Below are positions 1 to 11,672 of a DNA stretch of 64,000 bases, in pieces. Where the stretch lies: the NCBI GenBank assembly GCA_963782055.1, contig CAWAIF010000003.1:576001-640000 (forward strand), read 5' to 3'. Source of the DNA: an uncultured delta proteobacterium. Its GTDB lineage: Bacteria; Myxococcota_A; Polyangia; Polyangiales; Polyangiaceae. The notes under the pieces were generated by a model. The model did not search any database. It was not told the DNA's origin and was given only the letters and a program-made list of their open reading frames with translations. Numbering within the stretch: position 1 is the first letter of the stretch; the number at the start of each line of letters is the position of its first letter. The translations under genes were made by a program, and so were the position numbers.

Positions 1-434
1 ACATGGGCCTCGGCGCCGCCGTGGCGAACCCGAAGATCATCGACGCGGCGGTCGACGAGATGAAGGCCGTCACCGGGCAGAAGCCGGTGGTCACCCGCTC
101 CAAGAAGGCGATCGCCAGCTTCAAGCTGCGCGCCGGCCTCCCCATCGGCGTGATGGTGACGCTCCGGAGCGGCCGCATGTGGGAGTTCTTGGACCGCCTG
201 ATCACGATCGCCCTCCCGCGCACGCGTGACTTCCGCGGTGTCTCCCGCAAGGCCTTCGACGGCAAGGGCAACTACACCCTCGGCCTGAAGGAGCAGATCA
301 TCTTCCCCGAGATCAACTACGACCGCATCGACGTGATCAAGGGGCTCAACATCAGCTTCGTGACGACGGCCCGCACCGACGAGGAGGGGCGTGCGCTGCT
401 CCAGCACCTCGGCATGCCGTTCCGGGCGAATTGA
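1..434 (+). CDS. rplE: 50S ribosomal protein L5 (5'-truncated by window edge)
   Basis: L5 motifs (GQKPVVT, FKLR, LPRx[20 protein letters not shown]); first gene of a spc operon run. Confidence 0.98.
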   Translation, partial: MGLGAAVANPKIIDAAVDEMKAVTGQKPVVTRSKKAIASFKLRAGLPIGVMVTLRSGRMWEFLDRLITIALPRTRDFRGVSRKAFDGKGNYTLGLKEQIIFPEINYDRIDVIKGLNISFVTTARTDEEGRALLQHLGMPFRAN

Positions 435-456
435 AGAAGCAGAAGGAACTTTAGAG

Positions 457-642
457 ATGGCACGAGCATGTCAGTTTGCGAAGCTGAACCGCGCACCGAA
501 ATTCCCGGTGCGCCACCGCAACCGCTGCAAGGTGTGCGGTCGCGCGCGCGGCTACTACCGCAAGTTCGAACTCTGCAGGGTGTGCCTGCGGGTCTTCGCC
601 CTCCGCGGCGAGATCCCCGGCGTGATCAAGGCGAGCTGGTGA
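457..642 (+). CDS. rpsN: 30S ribosomal protein S14, Zn-binding type Z (61 aa)
   Basis: ATG at 457; RCKVCGR...LCRVCLR...[11 protein letters not shown]; lies between rplE and rpsH. Confidence 0.97.
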   Translation: MARACQFAKLNRAPKFPVRHRNRCKVCGRARGYYRKFELCRVCLRVFALRGEIPGVIKASW

Positions 643-646
643 CCCC

Positions 647-1042
647 ATGATGACCGATCCGATCGCGGACATGCTCACTCGCATTCGCAACGGCGCGCTC
701 GCGCGGCACGACCGCGTGGACCTGCCCCACTCGCAGCTCAAGCAGCACATCGCCGGCGTCCTCAAGAGCGAGGGCTACGTCGACGACGTGCGCGTGAGCG
801 ACGGCGAGGGCAAGCGCACCCTCACCGTGGTGCTGCGTTACGGGCGCGACCGCCAGAGCGCCATCGACGGCCTCTCGCGCGTGTCGTCCCCCGGACGCCG
901 CGTCTACGTCAGGCACGACCGCATCCCGCGCGTCCGTTCGGGGATGGGCATCTCCATCCTCTCGACGAGCCGCGGAGTGATGACCGACCGCGACGCGCGC
1001 AAGCAGCGCGTGGGCGGCGAGCTGCTCTGCGAGGTCTGGTGA
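647..1042 (+). CDS. rpsH: 30S ribosomal protein S8
   Basis: MTDPIADMLTRIRN...ILSTSRGVM...GGELLC. Confidence 0.98.
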   Translation: MMTDPIADMLTRIRNGALARHDRVDLPHSQLKQHIAGVLKSEGYVDDVRVSDGEGKRTLTVVLRYGRDRQSAIDGLSRVSSPGRRVYVRHDRIPRVRSGMGISILSTSRGVMTDRDARKQRVGGELLCEVW

Positions 1043-1046
1043 TCCC

Positions 1047-1649
1047 ATGACCGCTCAGACCACGCAGTCCCCCACCGCCGGCGACGGCATCAAGCAGTCG
1101 CGCATCGGCAAGCGGCCCATCCCGCTGCCGAAGGGCGTCACCGCGACCGTCAAGGACGGCGCCATCGAGGTGAAGGGCCCCAAGGGCACCCTCTCCCGCA
1201 AGCTCCCGCCCAACGTCGCGGTGAAGGTCGGCGCCGCCGACATCACCGTGGTCCCCACCGTCCCCGGTCGCGACGGCGCGCGCTTCCAGGGCCTCGCCTG
1301 GGCGCTCATCGGCGGCATGGTGACGGGGGTGGGCACTGGCTACACCAAGACGCTCCAGCTCGTCGGCACCGGCTACCGCGCCGAGGTCAAGGGCCAGGTG
1401 CTCAACCTCTCGCTCGGCTTCTCTCACCCCGTCAACTTCCCCATCCCCGCCGGCATCAAGGTGGAGATCCCGGGGGACTCCAAGGGCACCATCGTCATCC
1501 TGACTGGCGCCAACAAGGAGATGATGGGCCAGACCGCCGCCAAGATCCGCGGGTTCCGCCCGCCGGAGCCCTACGGCGGAAAGGGCGTGCGCTACCAGGG
1601 GGAGAAGGTCCGCGAGAAGGCCGGCAAGGCGGCCAAGGGCGGGAAGTGA
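1047..1649 (+). CDS. rplF: 50S ribosomal protein L6
   Basis: SRIGKRPI, GFSHPV, RPPEPYGGKGVRY. Confidence 0.98.
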   Translation: MTAQTTQSPTAGDGIKQSRIGKRPIPLPKGVTATVKDGAIEVKGPKGTLSRKLPPNVAVKVGAADITVVPTVPGRDGARFQGLAWALIGGMVTGVGTGYTKTLQLVGTGYRAEVKGQVLNLSLGFSHPVNFPIPAGIKVEIPGDSKGTIVILTGANKEMMGQTAAKIRGFRPPEPYGGKGVRYQGEKVREKAGKAAKGGK

Positions 1650-1724
1650 CGTCGACTGGAAGGAAAGTGAAACCTCGCGGTTGAGGAGATACGCCGCGGG
1701 AACCACGAACCGAGGAATCGAATC

Positions 1725-2084
1725 ATGGCCATGCAGATCGTCGGGCGGGAGCGCCGCAAGCTGCGCATCCGCCGAAAAATCAGCGGGACTTCGGCGCGTC
1801 CGCGCCTCACCGTCTTCCGTAGCGCGAAGCACATCTACGCTCAGGTCGTGGACGACGTGGCAGGCGCCACGCTGGCCCACTCCTCCACGCTCTCTCGCGA
1901 GGTGCGTGGCGCCCTCGCCGAGGAGGACAAGACCGGCGCGGCCAAGAAGGTGGGGGCCGCCATCGCCAAGGCCCTCCTGGCCAAGGGGATCGACAAGGTC
2001 GTCTTCGACCGCAACGGCTACCTCTACCACGGGCGCGTGCGCGCGCTCGCCGACGCCGCGCGTGAGGCCGGCCTCAAGTTCTGA
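1725..2084 (+). CDS. rplR: 50S ribosomal protein L18
   Basis: [31 protein letters not shown]. Confidence 0.98.
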   Translation: MAMQIVGRERRKLRIRRKISGTSARPRLTVFRSAKHIYAQVVDDVAGATLAHSSTLSREVRGALAEEDKTGAAKKVGAAIAKALLAKGIDKVVFDRNGYLYHGRVRALADAAREAGLKF

Positions 2085-2107
2085 GAAACGAAAAGGGACT
2101 CATCATC

Positions 2108-2653
2108 ATGGCGTTGGACATCGACGAGGAAAAGCTCAAGGAGCGCATCATCCACATCAACCGCGTGGCCAAGGTGGTCAAGGGCGGTCGCCGCTTCTCC
2201 TTCGCGGCGCTGGTGGTGGTGGGTGACGAGTCCGGTCACGTCGGCGTGGGCCTGGGCAAGGCCAACGAGGTGCCGGAGGCGATCCGCAAGGGCAACGACC
2301 AGGCGCGCAAGAACCTCTTCCGCGTTCCGCTGGACGGCGTGACGATCCCCCACGAGATCACCGGTCACTTCGGCGCCGGCCGCGTGCTGCTGCGCCCGGC
2401 CTCGCCCGGTACCGGCGTCATCGCGGGCGGCGCCGTCCGCGCGGTCGTCGAGAGCGCGGGCATCCACGACATCCTCACCAAGAGCCTCGGGAGCTCCAAC
2501 CCGCACAACGTGGTGCGCGCGGTGGTCAACGCCCTCGAGCAGCTCCGCAGCGTCGACGACGTCGCCCGCAAGCGCGGCAAGCAGCCCGCCGACGTCTACG
2601 GCGACAGCAAGAAGTCCAAGAAGCTCGCCGCGCCGGAGGCGGCGGCGTCCTGA
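2108..2653 (+). CDS. rpsE: 30S ribosomal protein S5
   Basis: [30 protein letters not shown]. Confidence 0.98.
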   Translation: MALDIDEEKLKERIIHINRVAKVVKGGRRFSFAALVVVGDESGHVGVGLGKANEVPEAIRKGNDQARKNLFRVPLDGVTIPHEITGHFGAGRVLLRPASPGTGVIAGGAVRAVVESAGIHDILTKSLGSSNPHNVVRAVVNALEQLRSVDDVARKRGKQPADVYGDSKKSKKLAAPEAAAS

Positions 2654-2666
2654 GTCGAGGCGAACC

Positions 2667-2882
2667 ATGAAGGCTCATCTCAAGGTCATCCAGACACGCA
2701 GCCTGATCGGGCAGGCCGAGCCCATGCGGCTCACCGTCCGCGGGCTCGGCCTTCGCGGCCCCGGCTCCGCCGTGGTCGTGGCGAACACGCCGTCCTTCCG
2801 CGGCGCGATCAAGAAGGTCATCCACCTCGTGTCCGTGGAGGAGGTCGACTCCCCCCCGGCGAAGAAGACGAAGAAGAGCTGA
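2667..2882 (+). CDS. rpmD: 50S ribosomal protein L30
   Basis: RSLIG...LGL...RGAIKKVIHLV; position between rpsE and rplO. Confidence 0.93.
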   Translation: MKAHLKVIQTRSLIGQAEPMRLTVRGLGLRGPGSAVVVANTPSFRGAIKKVIHLVSVEEVDSPPAKKTKKS

Positions 2883-2889
2883 GGCAGTC

Positions 2890-3369
2890 ATGGCCGACAC
2901 GTTGAGCAAGCTCGCCAAGCCCATCGGTTCCACGGAGAAGAAGCTCCGCAAGGGCCGCGGCGTTGGCTCCGGACTGGGCAAGACCTCCGGCCGCGGCCAG
3001 AAGGGCCAGTACGCCCGCAATGGCGTGCGCCGGGAGTTCGAGGGCGGCCAGACGCCCATCGCCCGCCGCCTGCCGAAGCGCGGCTTCAATCCCCCCTTCC
3101 CGGTGCGCACCGCCGAGGTGAACGTCGGTGACCTGGAGGCGTTCGCCGCCGGCACCAACGTCGACGAGACCACCCTGCGCGACCACGGCCTGGTCAAGGG
3201 CCGCATCGACCGCATCAAGGTCCTCGGCAACGGTAGCCTCAACAGGAAGGTCACCGTCACCGCGCACGCGTTCTCCAAGTCTGCAGTGGCCAAGATCGAG
3301 AAGGCGGGCGGCAAGGCCGTCGTCATCCCGGAGCACCAGGCCGCCGAGGCACCAGGGCAGGCGCAGTAG
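2890..3369 (+). CDS. rplO: 50S ribosomal protein L15
   Basis: GRGVGSGLGKTSGRGQKGQ, FEGGQTP, RRLPKRGF. Confidence 0.98.
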   Translation: MADTLSKLAKPIGSTEKKLRKGRGVGSGLGKTSGRGQKGQYARNGVRREFEGGQTPIARRLPKRGFNPPFPVRTAEVNVGDLEAFAAGTNVDETTLRDHGLVKGRIDRIKVLGNGSLNRKVTVTAHAFSKSAVAKIEKAGGKAVVIPEHQAAEAPGQAQ

Positions 3370-3372
3370 CCA

Positions 3373-4709
<1,337 letters not shown>

Positions 4710-4710
<1 letters not shown>

Positions 4711-5330
4711 TGCGGCTCGTCTTCATGGGACCGCCGGGGGCCGGCAAGGGCACCCAGGCGAAGATTCTCTGCCAGAAGCTTTCCATCCCGCAGGTGTCGA
4801 CGGGCGACATCCTTCGCGCGCGGAAGGCGGCGGGCACCCTCCCGGCCGAGCTGGTCAAGGCGATGGACACCGGGGGCCTGGTCCCGGACGAGGTCGTCAT
4901 CGGCTACATCGACGAGCGCATCCAGGAGCCGGACTGCAAGAGCGGCTTCTTGCTCGACGGCTTCCCCCGCACCGTCCCGCAGGCGGAGGCGCTCGACCGC
5001 ATGCTGGAGGCCCGCGGCGCCAAGCTGGACAGCGCCGTCGCCCTCCAGGTGCCCGAGGCACTGCTGGTCGAACGTACAGTGCTGCGGCGAACCGACAAAC
5101 GCACTGGACAGATCTACCACTTGAAGTATAACCCCCCGCCCCCCGATGCCCAACTCGAGCATCGGGCGGACGACACGGAGGAGGCCGTTCGCAAGCGCCT
5201 TGACGCGTACGCGAGGGACACCGCCGCCGTCATCCCTTACTACGAGCAGAAGGGCATCCTGAAGCGCGTGGACGGGACGAAGGAAGTCGCCGAGGTGACG
5301 AAGGCCATCTTCGCCGCCCTGGGGATCTGA
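4710..5330 (+). CDS. adk: Adenylate kinase
   Basis: ATG overlaps the secY stop (TGATG); [26 protein letters not shown]. Confidence 0.97.
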
Positions 5331-5347
5331 AGAGAAGCAGGGAATCG

Positions 5348-5590
5348 ATGAGAGAGCGTAGGGAGCGAAAAGAACCCAAGGGCGACAAGCTCGAGTTCGA
5401 CGGCGTCGTCCAGGAGGCGCTCCCCAACGCCATGTTCAAGGTCAGGTGCGACAACGGGCTGAGCGTGCTGGCCACCATCAGCGGCCGCATGCGTCAGTTC
5501 TACATCCGAATCCTCCCCGGAGACCGCGTCACCGTGGAGGTCAGCCCCTACGACCCGAGCCGCGGTCGCATCACGTACCGCCACAAGTGA
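5348..5590 (+). CDS. infA: Translation initiation factor IF-1
   Basis: [35 protein letters not shown]. Confidence 0.98.
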   Translation: MRERRERKEPKGDKLEFDGVVQEALPNAMFKVRCDNGLSVLATISGRMRQFYIRILPGDRVTVEVSPYDPSRGRITYRHK

Positions 5591-5644
5591 CTGAGGTCCG
5601 GCCGGCCACGGCCCGAAGGGCACGATGAAAGTGTCGAGGCAGCG

Positions 5645-5758
5645 ATGAAAGTCCGTCCGTCCGTGAAGAAGATCTGTGACAAGTGCAAGGTCATCCGCCG
5701 CAAAGGGGTGGTCCGCATCATCTGCACCAACCCGCGCCACAAGCAGCGCCAGGGCTGA
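5645..5758 (+). CDS. rpmJ: 50S ribosomal protein L36 (37 aa; absent from the ORF track)
   Basis: Manual translation: [37 protein letters not shown]. Confidence 0.98.
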   Translation: MKVRPSVKKICDKCKVIRRKGVVRIICTNPRHKQRQG

Positions 5759-5773
5759 TCGAAGGAATCCATC

Positions 5774-6160
5774 ATGGCTCGTATCGCAGGCGTCGACCTC
5801 CCCCGCCACAAGCACATCGCGTACTCGCTGCCGTACCTCTACGGGATCGGCAAGAAGACCGCCTTCGAGATCTGCGCGAAGGCCGGCATCCCGCCGACCA
5901 AGCTCACCGAGGAGCTCACGGAGAACGAGATCAAGCGGATCCGCGAGCTCCTGGAGACCGAGTACAAGGTCGAGGGCGACCTGCGCCGCGAGGTGCAGAT
6001 GAACATCAAGCGCCTCATGGACCTCGGCTGCTACCGGGGCCTGCGCCACCGCCGAGGCCTCCCGGTCCACGGCCAGCGCACCCACACCAACGCGCGCACC
6101 CGCAAGGGCCCGCGCAAGGGCACCATCGCCCGGCAGGGATCGGCGCGCGGCGCCAAGTGA
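5774..6160 (+). CDS. rpsM: 30S ribosomal protein S13
   Basis: [40 protein letters not shown]. Confidence 0.98.
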   Translation: MARIAGVDLPRHKHIAYSLPYLYGIGKKTAFEICAKAGIPPTKLTEELTENEIKRIRELLETEYKVEGDLRREVQMNIKRLMDLGCYRGLRHRRGLPVHGQRTHTNARTRKGPRKGTIARQGSARGAK

Positions 6161-6189
6161 CGGGTACCCAGGAGCCATCGGAGTAAGAC

Positions 6190-6609
6190 ATGTCGCAGGC
6201 AAAGACCGCAACCGGCGCGACCGGCGGACGACCGAAGGGGACCAAGAAGAAGGTCCGCAAGAACGTGGCGTCGGGCATCGCCCACATCCAGTCGACCTTC
6301 AACAACACGGTCGTCACCATCACCGACATCAACGGCAACGCGATCGCGTGGTCGAGCGCCGGCGCGCGCGGCTTCAAGGGCTCGCGCAAGTCGACGCCCT
6401 TCGCCGCCCAGCTCGCCGCCGAGGAAGCCGCCCGCAAGGCGATGGAGCACGGCATGCGTTCGGTCGCCGTCTTCGTGAAGGGCCCCGGCGCCGGCCGCGA
6501 GAGCGCGCTGCGCGCCCTGCAGACGGCGGGCTTCAAGGTCACGCTCATCCGCGACGTGACCCCCGTCCCGCACAACGGCTGCCGCCCGCCGAAGCGCCGG
6601 CGCGTCTAG
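6190..6609 (+). CDS. rpsK: 30S ribosomal protein S11
   Basis: [42 protein letters not shown]. Confidence 0.98.
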   Translation: MSQAKTATGATGGRPKGTKKKVRKNVASGIAHIQSTFNNTVVTITDINGNAIAWSSAGARGFKGSRKSTPFAAQLAAEEAARKAMEHGMRSVAVFVKGPGAGRESALRALQTAGFKVTLIRDVTPVPHNGCRPPKRRRV

Positions 6610-6708
6610 CCGACCAGGATTCTCGCTCCCTCCCCGGGAGCAAGCCGGGACGAAGTGCACAGCACGTAAACCGGTCAGCCACCGAAACGCTGAAGAAGGA
6701 CACGAAGA

Positions 6709-7338
6709 ATGGCTCGTTACATTGGACCCGTCTGCAAGCTCTGCCGCCGGGAGGGCATGAAGCTCTTCCTCAAGGGCGAGCGCTGCTACACCGACAAGTG
6801 CTCGTACACGCGGCGGCCGTACCCGCCGGGGCAGCACGGCCAGGGCCGCATCAAGCTCTCCGAGTACGCGGTGCGCCTGCGTGAGAAGCAGAAGGTCCGC
6901 CGCATCTACGGCGTGCTGGAGCGCCAGTTCCGCGCGTACTACTTCGCCGCGACGCGCCGCAAGGGCAGCACCGGCGAGCAGATGCTCGGCCTGCTGGAGA
7001 GCCGGCTGGACAACGTGGTGCACCGCATGGGCTTCGCCACCACCCGCGCCGAGGCGCGCCAGCTCGTCAAGCACAACCACGTGCTCATCAACGGCAAGCG
7101 CGTCAACATCCCCAGCTACAGCCTCCGGGTGGGCGACAAGATCACCATCCGCGAGGAGAGCCGGAAGATCGGCGCCGTCAACGCGGCCCTCGCCAACGTC
7201 GACAAGCGCCCGATGCTGTCCTGGCTCGAGCTGGACAAGGAGAACTTCTCCGGCGTGTTCAAGGCGGCCCCCGTCCGGGAGGAGCTGAACGAGCCGGCCA
7301 TCCGCGAGCAGCTCGTCGTCGAGTACTACTCGCGCTGA
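6709..7338 (+). CDS. rpsD: 30S ribosomal protein S4
   Basis: [35 protein letters not shown]. Confidence 0.98.
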   Translation: MARYIGPVCKLCRREGMKLFLKGERCYTDKCSYTRRPYPPGQHGQGRIKLSEYAVRLREKQKVRRIYGVLERQFRAYYFAATRRKGSTGEQMLGLLESRLDNVVHRMGFATTRAEARQLVKHNHVLINGKRVNIPSYSLRVGDKITIREESRKIGAVNAALANVDKRPMLSWLELDKENFSGVFKAAPVREELNEPAIREQLVVEYYSR

Positions 7339-7482
7339 GGCCAGGCCGGAGGCCGGCCGACACGGATCGAGGATTTTCGAAGCAACGAAGCACACGGGCA
7401 GGCGACGGGACGCTCCGGAGAGCGGGTTCGAAGGACGTACGGGATCGCCGCGTGAACCAGCAGACAGAGAAGGAGAAATCGC

Positions 7483-8508
7483 ATGAGCGCCAACATCACC
7501 ACGCGTAACTGGCGGGACCTCATCCGTCCTCGCGGCATCGCCGTCGAGCAGGAGACCCTCACCGACTTCTACGGCAAGTTCACCTGCGAGCCGCTCGAGC
7601 GCGGCTACGGCATCACGCTGGGCAACTCGCTCCGGCGCGTGCTCCTCTCCTCCCTGCAGGGCTCGGCCATCACCGCCGTCCGCGTCGACGGCGCGCTGCA
7701 CGAGTTCACCACCATCGGCGACGTCGTCGAGGACGTGACCGACATCGTGCTGAACCTGAAGGAGGTCGTGCTCAAGGCCGCCTCGGTGAAGACGTACACC
7801 GTGCGCATCGACAAGGAGGGCCCCGGCCCGGTCTACGCGCGCGACATCTCGCTGGTCGACGGCCTCCAGGTCCTCAACCCGGACCACCTCATCGCCACGC
7901 TCGACAAGAAGGGCCCCCTGGCGATGGAGCTGACGGTCAACGTCGGCCGCGGCTACGTCCCGGCGGAGAAGAACAAGACCCCGACGATGGCGATCGGCAC
8001 CATCCCGATCGACGCGCTCTACTCGCCGATCCGCAAGGTCAACTACATGGTGACCAACGCGCGCGTCGGCCAGCAGACCGACTTCGACAAGCTCTCCCTC
8101 GAGGTGTGGACCAACGGGAGCGTGAAGCCGCAGGACGCGGTCGCCTACGCGGCGAAGATCCTGAAGGAGCAGCTCACCATCTTCATCAACTTCGAGGAGA
8201 CCGAGGAGACGAGCTACGCCGCCGTGGGTGGCGAGGACGAGCCCCTCAACGAGAACCTCTTCCGCTCGGTGGACGAGCTCGAGCTCTCCGTCCGCAGCGC
8301 CAACTGCCTGCAGAACGCGAACATCACGCTCATCGGTGAGCTGGTGCAGCGCACCGAGCAGGACATGCTCAAGACCAAGAACTTCGGCCGCAAGAGCCTC
8401 AAGGAGATCAAAGAGATCCTCCAGAACATGGGGCTTTCGCTCGGCATGAAGATCGACAACTGGCCGCAGATGCTCGAGCGCTGGAAGGCGCAGCAAGCCC
8501 AGGCCTGA
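7483..8508 (+). CDS. rpoA: DNA-directed RNA polymerase subunit alpha
   Basis: [40 protein letters not shown]. Confidence 0.99.
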   Translation: MSANITTRNWRDLIRPRGIAVEQETLTDFYGKFTCEPLERGYGITLGNSLRRVLLSSLQGSAITAVRVDGALHEFTTIGDVVEDVTDIVLNLKEVVLKAASVKTYTVRIDKEGPGPVYARDISLVDGLQVLNPDHLIATLDKKGPLAMELTVNVGRGYVPAEKNKTPTMAIGTIPIDALYSPIRKVNYMVTNARVGQQTDFDKLSLEVWTNGSVKPQDAVAYAAKILKEQLTIFINFEETEETSYAAVGGEDEPLNENLFRSVDELELSVRSANCLQNANITLIGELVQRTEQDMLKTKNFGRKSLKEIKEILQNMGLSLGMKIDNWPQMLERWKAQQAQA

Positions 8509-8524
8509 GCCCGAGAGAGAAGCC

Positions 8525-9085
8525 ATGCGTCACCGCAATTCGGGTCGTAAGTTCGACCGCAACAGCAGTCACCGCCGCGCGATGCTGCGCAACCTCACCG
8601 CGAACCTCGTCCTGCACGAGCGCATCGAGACGACCGACGCCAAGGCGAAGGAGGTTCGCCGTGTCGCGGAGCGCCTCATCACCAAGGCGCGCCGTCTCGG
8701 AGAGGTCGCGTACACCCCCAACGAGAAGCTCTCCGCGGGCGACCGCGCGCGGCGCCTCCACGCCGAGCGTCTGGTGGCGGCGTACATCCCCCGCTTCGCC
8801 GTGAAGGTGGAGAAGGGCGGCGCCCCGCAGAAGGTCGACATCGTCGAGAAGGTCTTCTGCGATCTGGCGAAGCGCTACAAGGACCGCCCGGGCGGCTACA
8901 CGCGCATCGTCAAGTTCGGCCCGCGGCGTGGCGACAACGCCCCCATCTCCATGCTGGAGCTGGTGGGCGAGCTCGTCGCTGGCGAGCCGGAGGCCTCCGA
9001 CGAGGGCGAGGCGAAGGCCAAGCCCTCCAAGAAGAAGGGCAAGGCGACAGCCGCTGAGCCCAAGACGGCCGCCAAGGCGGAGTGA
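8525..9085 (+). CDS. rplQ: 50S ribosomal protein L17
   Basis: [30 protein letters not shown]. Confidence 0.97.
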   Translation: MRHRNSGRKFDRNSSHRRAMLRNLTANLVLHERIETTDAKAKEVRRVAERLITKARRLGEVAYTPNEKLSAGDRARRLHAERLVAAYIPRFAVKVEKGGAPQKVDIVEKVFCDLAKRYKDRPGGYTRIVKFGPRRGDNAPISMLELVGELVAGEPEASDEGEAKAKPSKKKGKATAAEPKTAAKAE

Positions 9086-10492
9086 TCAGCGTCGTCGTCG
9101 ACGCACCACCATCACCGCCGCGGCCAGCGCGCACGCCGTGAGACCGGCGGCCCACTCGTAGTGGGTCTGCCGGTCTTCGCGTTTTCGCGCGGCGTCGTCC
9201 ATCGCCGCGAGGCGCGCGCGCGCGTCGGCGTTGGACGGATCTGCCTGGATGGCGCGCTCGTAGGGCGCGCGATCCTCGATACCGCGCGCGCGCAGGTCCT
9301 CTCCCTCCAGGTAGGCCAGCGCCCCGCGGATCTGTCCGGCGTGCGGTCCCCCCGGATCGAGCTCCAGCGCCTTGCGGTACGCCGCGCGCGCCGCCTGGTG
9401 GTCGGTGCCCTCCTTCTCTTGCGCCACCGCCACGTACGCCGGTGCCATCTGCGCGCGTCGCGGGAGCATCGGCTGCCGGGCCAGCGCCTTGTCGAAGTCG
9501 GTCACCGCCTCGTCGGCGCGGCCCGCGTGCAGCGCGGTGAGGCCCTCCTCCACCAGCGCGTCCAGCTCCGCGTTGCGCGACCTGTCCATCGTCGCGAAGA
9601 CCGCGTGGGCGAGGCGCGCGGCGTCCCAGTCGGGTGGCGGCGGCGCGCCGTCCAGGTTCTGCGCCATCTCCCGCAGGCGCGGGGCGGCGAGGACGCCGTA
9701 CTCCAGCGTGGCCGCGCGCGCGGCCTCGCGCACCGGCTCGCGCGCCGAGCCCACGAAGGACAGCACCACGCCCAGGCCGTCCAGGTCCTTGTTGGCGGCG
9801 TACGCGCCCAGCACGTCGACCAGGACCGCGTTGCTCTTGGTCTGCACCGCGTCCCCCGGCACCCGCACGCCGATGGACTCCAGCGTGGTGGAGGCGAAGT
9901 GGTGCAGGTGCGGCACCTTCTGCGCGAGGATCAGCCCCGCCCGCGCGCGCTCGCCGAGCGCCCGGACGCGCCGCGTGACCTCCGGGCGGAAGGCCCACGC
10001 GTGATCGGGGGCGACCATCGCCATCTGCAGGACGGCCGGCGTGGTGCCGTCGGCGGCGAGCGCGTGCAGAATACACACGGTCTCCACCGCGACGCGGAGC
10101 GCCTCGGGGTGGGCGCCCTGCGCCGCCTGCAGCGCACCCAGCAAGTCGAAGTCTTCGCCCCAGTACTTCGGCCCTGCGGCGCGCGCCACCTGCCGCGTCA
10201 GCTCGGTGATCCGCGCGGTGTCTCCGCGCCGGCGCAGCGATGCGAGCGCCGCGGTCATGTCCGCGAGGGAGAAGCGTCCGCGGGCGAGCGCCTCCGCGGC
10301 GGCGGGGTCGCCCGGTGCGGCCTCCACCTTCGCCAGCGCCGGAGCGAGGGCGACAACGCCGGCGTCGGCCCGCGCTGCGCTCGCCGCCGGGGCGACCGGG
10401 TCCGCACGCACCGCGCCGGCCAGCAGCAGCACGGTCGCGAGCGCGAAGCACGGGAGGGGGCGCACGCCCGGAAGAACGCTCCGCGCGGGCAC
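9086..10492 (-). CDS. Exported TPR-containing protein with C-terminal membrane anchor (start uncertain)
   Basis: Signal-like N-terminus (LLLAGAVRA), TPR-like helices (AYRKALELDP, YERAIQADP), terminal TM followed by RRRRR. Confidence 0.75.
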   Translation of the reverse strand: MPARSVLPGVRPLPCFALATVLLLAGAVRADPVAPAASAARADAGVVALAPALAKVEAAPGDPAAAEALARGRFSLADMTAALASLRRRGDTARITELTRQVARAAGPKYWGEDFDLLGALQAAQGAHPEALRVAVETVCILHALAADGTTPAVLQMAMVAPDHAWAFRPEVTRRVRALGERARAGLILAQKVPHLHHFASTTLESIGVRVPGDAVQTKSNAVLVDVLGAYAANKDLDGLGVVLSFVGSAREPVREAARAATLEYGVLAAPRLREMAQNLDGAPPPPDWDAARLAHAVFATMDRSRNAELDALVEEGLTALHAGRADEAVTDFDKALARQPMLPRRAQMAPAYVAVAQEKEGTDHQAARAAYRKALELDPGGPHAGQIRGALAYLEGEDLRARGIEDRAPYERAIQADPSNADARARLAAMDDAARKREDRQTHYEWAAGLTACALAAAVMVVRRRRR

Positions 10493-10499
10493 CCGCTTC

Positions 10500-10778
10500 C
10501 TACTCCACGATCTGGAAGTCGGAGTAGTCGCCGCTGAAGCTGCGGTAACGCACGTCCACGTTGTCCACGCGCGCGGCGCTGGGGCCGTGGTGGGCCCAGC
10601 CGATCATCTCCTTGACCGCGTCCTCGTCGCCCTCGGCCAGGATCTCGATGCTGGCGTCGTTGCGGTTGCGGACCCAGCCTGTCACGCCGAGCCGGCGTGC
10701 CTCGCGTTGCGCGGCGGCGCGGAAGAAGACGCCGGTGACCCGGCCCCGGATGGAGATGTGAACGCACTTGGTCGCCAT
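10500..10778 (-). CDS. acyP: Acylphosphatase
   Basis: GRVTGVFFR, GWVRNRND, GPSAARV; ATG at 10778. Confidence 0.93.
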   Translation of the reverse strand: MATKCVHISIRGRVTGVFFRAAAQREARRLGVTGWVRNRNDASIEILAEGDEDAVKEMIGWAHHGPSAARVDNVDVRYRSFSGDYSDFQIVE

Positions 10779-10835
10779 GTGGATTACCCAAATGCTAGCT
10801 AGCCAAAGAGCCCACGGCTGGGCAAGCTTTGGCGC

Positions 10836-11669
10836 ATGCGCGTGAGCCTTTCCGGATGGGGCGTCCACACCGGGCGACCCGTCACGGTCGGGCTGGCTCG
10901 GGCGGAAGGGCCCGTCAGGCTGGTCCGGGACGGGGCGGCGGCGGCCGTGGATGAGCTGTCCCTGGCCGGGGCGGAGCGCTCCACGCGGGTGGCGGGCCGG
11001 GGGCTCGAGCTCGCCACCGTGGAGCACCTCTTCGGGGCGCTGGCGGGGCTCTCGGTGCGGGCGGGGGTGCGGGTGGAGGTCGACGGCCCGGAGCTGCCCT
11101 TGCTCGGTGGGGGGGCCGCCGAGTACGCCGCCGCCCTGCGCGCGCTGGAGGTGACCTCCGCGCCGCCCCGGTTGCATGTCGCGCGGGAGGGGACGGTAGA
11201 GGTGGCGGGCAGCCGCTACGCCTTCGCGCCGGGCCCGGGGACCGTGGTGGAGGTGACGATCGACTTCGGCGACCCGCGCCTGCACCCCGGCGCGCGCTTC
11301 GAGGGGGACGCGGAGGACTTCGTGACCCGCATCGCGCCGGCGCGCACCTTCGCCTTCGCCCACGAGGTCGAGGCGCTGGGGCAGGCGGGGCTCGCGCGGC
11401 ACGCGTCGCCGGAGAGCGTCATCGTGGTGGGCGACGTGATCCACGCCCGCGGCGGCGCGGCGCCCGACGAGCCGGCGCGCCACAAGCTGCTCGACTTGCT
11501 GGGCGACGCCTACCTTCACGGCGGGCCGCCGCGTGGCGTGCTGCGGGCGCACCGTCCCGGGCACGCCCGCAACCACGAGGCGTTCGCGCGGGCGCTGGCC
11601 GCGGGCATCCTGGCGGTGGGCGCGGGCCCGTCCGCCGCGTCCGCCGGCGCGCCGGGGGCGACGGGGTAG
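10836..11669 (+). CDS. lpxC: LpxC-family UDP-3-O-acyl-N-acetylglucosamine deacetylase (divergent)
   Basis: G.GVHTG, TVEHL, E.PLLGG, IAPARTF, HKLLDLLGD, GH..N. Confidence 0.85.
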   Translation: MRVSLSGWGVHTGRPVTVGLARAEGPVRLVRDGAAAAVDELSLAGAERSTRVAGRGLELATVEHLFGALAGLSVRAGVRVEVDGPELPLLGGGAAEYAAALRALEVTSAPPRLHVAREGTVEVAGSRYAFAPGPGTVVEVTIDFGDPRLHPGARFEGDAEDFVTRIAPARTFAFAHEVEALGQAGLARHASPESVIVVGDVIHARGGAAPDEPARHKLLDLLGDAYLHGGPPRGVLRAHRPGHARNHEAFARALAAGILAVGAGPSAASAGAPGATG

Positions 11670-11672
11670 GGC

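Noticed and set aside
6610..7482. Longer intergenic gaps before rpsD (99 nt) and rpoA (144 nt) as ncRNAs or leaders
   Set aside because: No recognisable RNA family or convincing structure by eye; this would need comparative analysis.
6031..8526. 831-aa minus-strand ORF, and similar long ORFs such as 2818..4632, 15137..17473, 31655..33697, 47767..50046 and 61312..63873
   Set aside because: Antisense shadows of well-supported genes. Stop-poor reverse frames are expected at this GC content, and they show no motifs.
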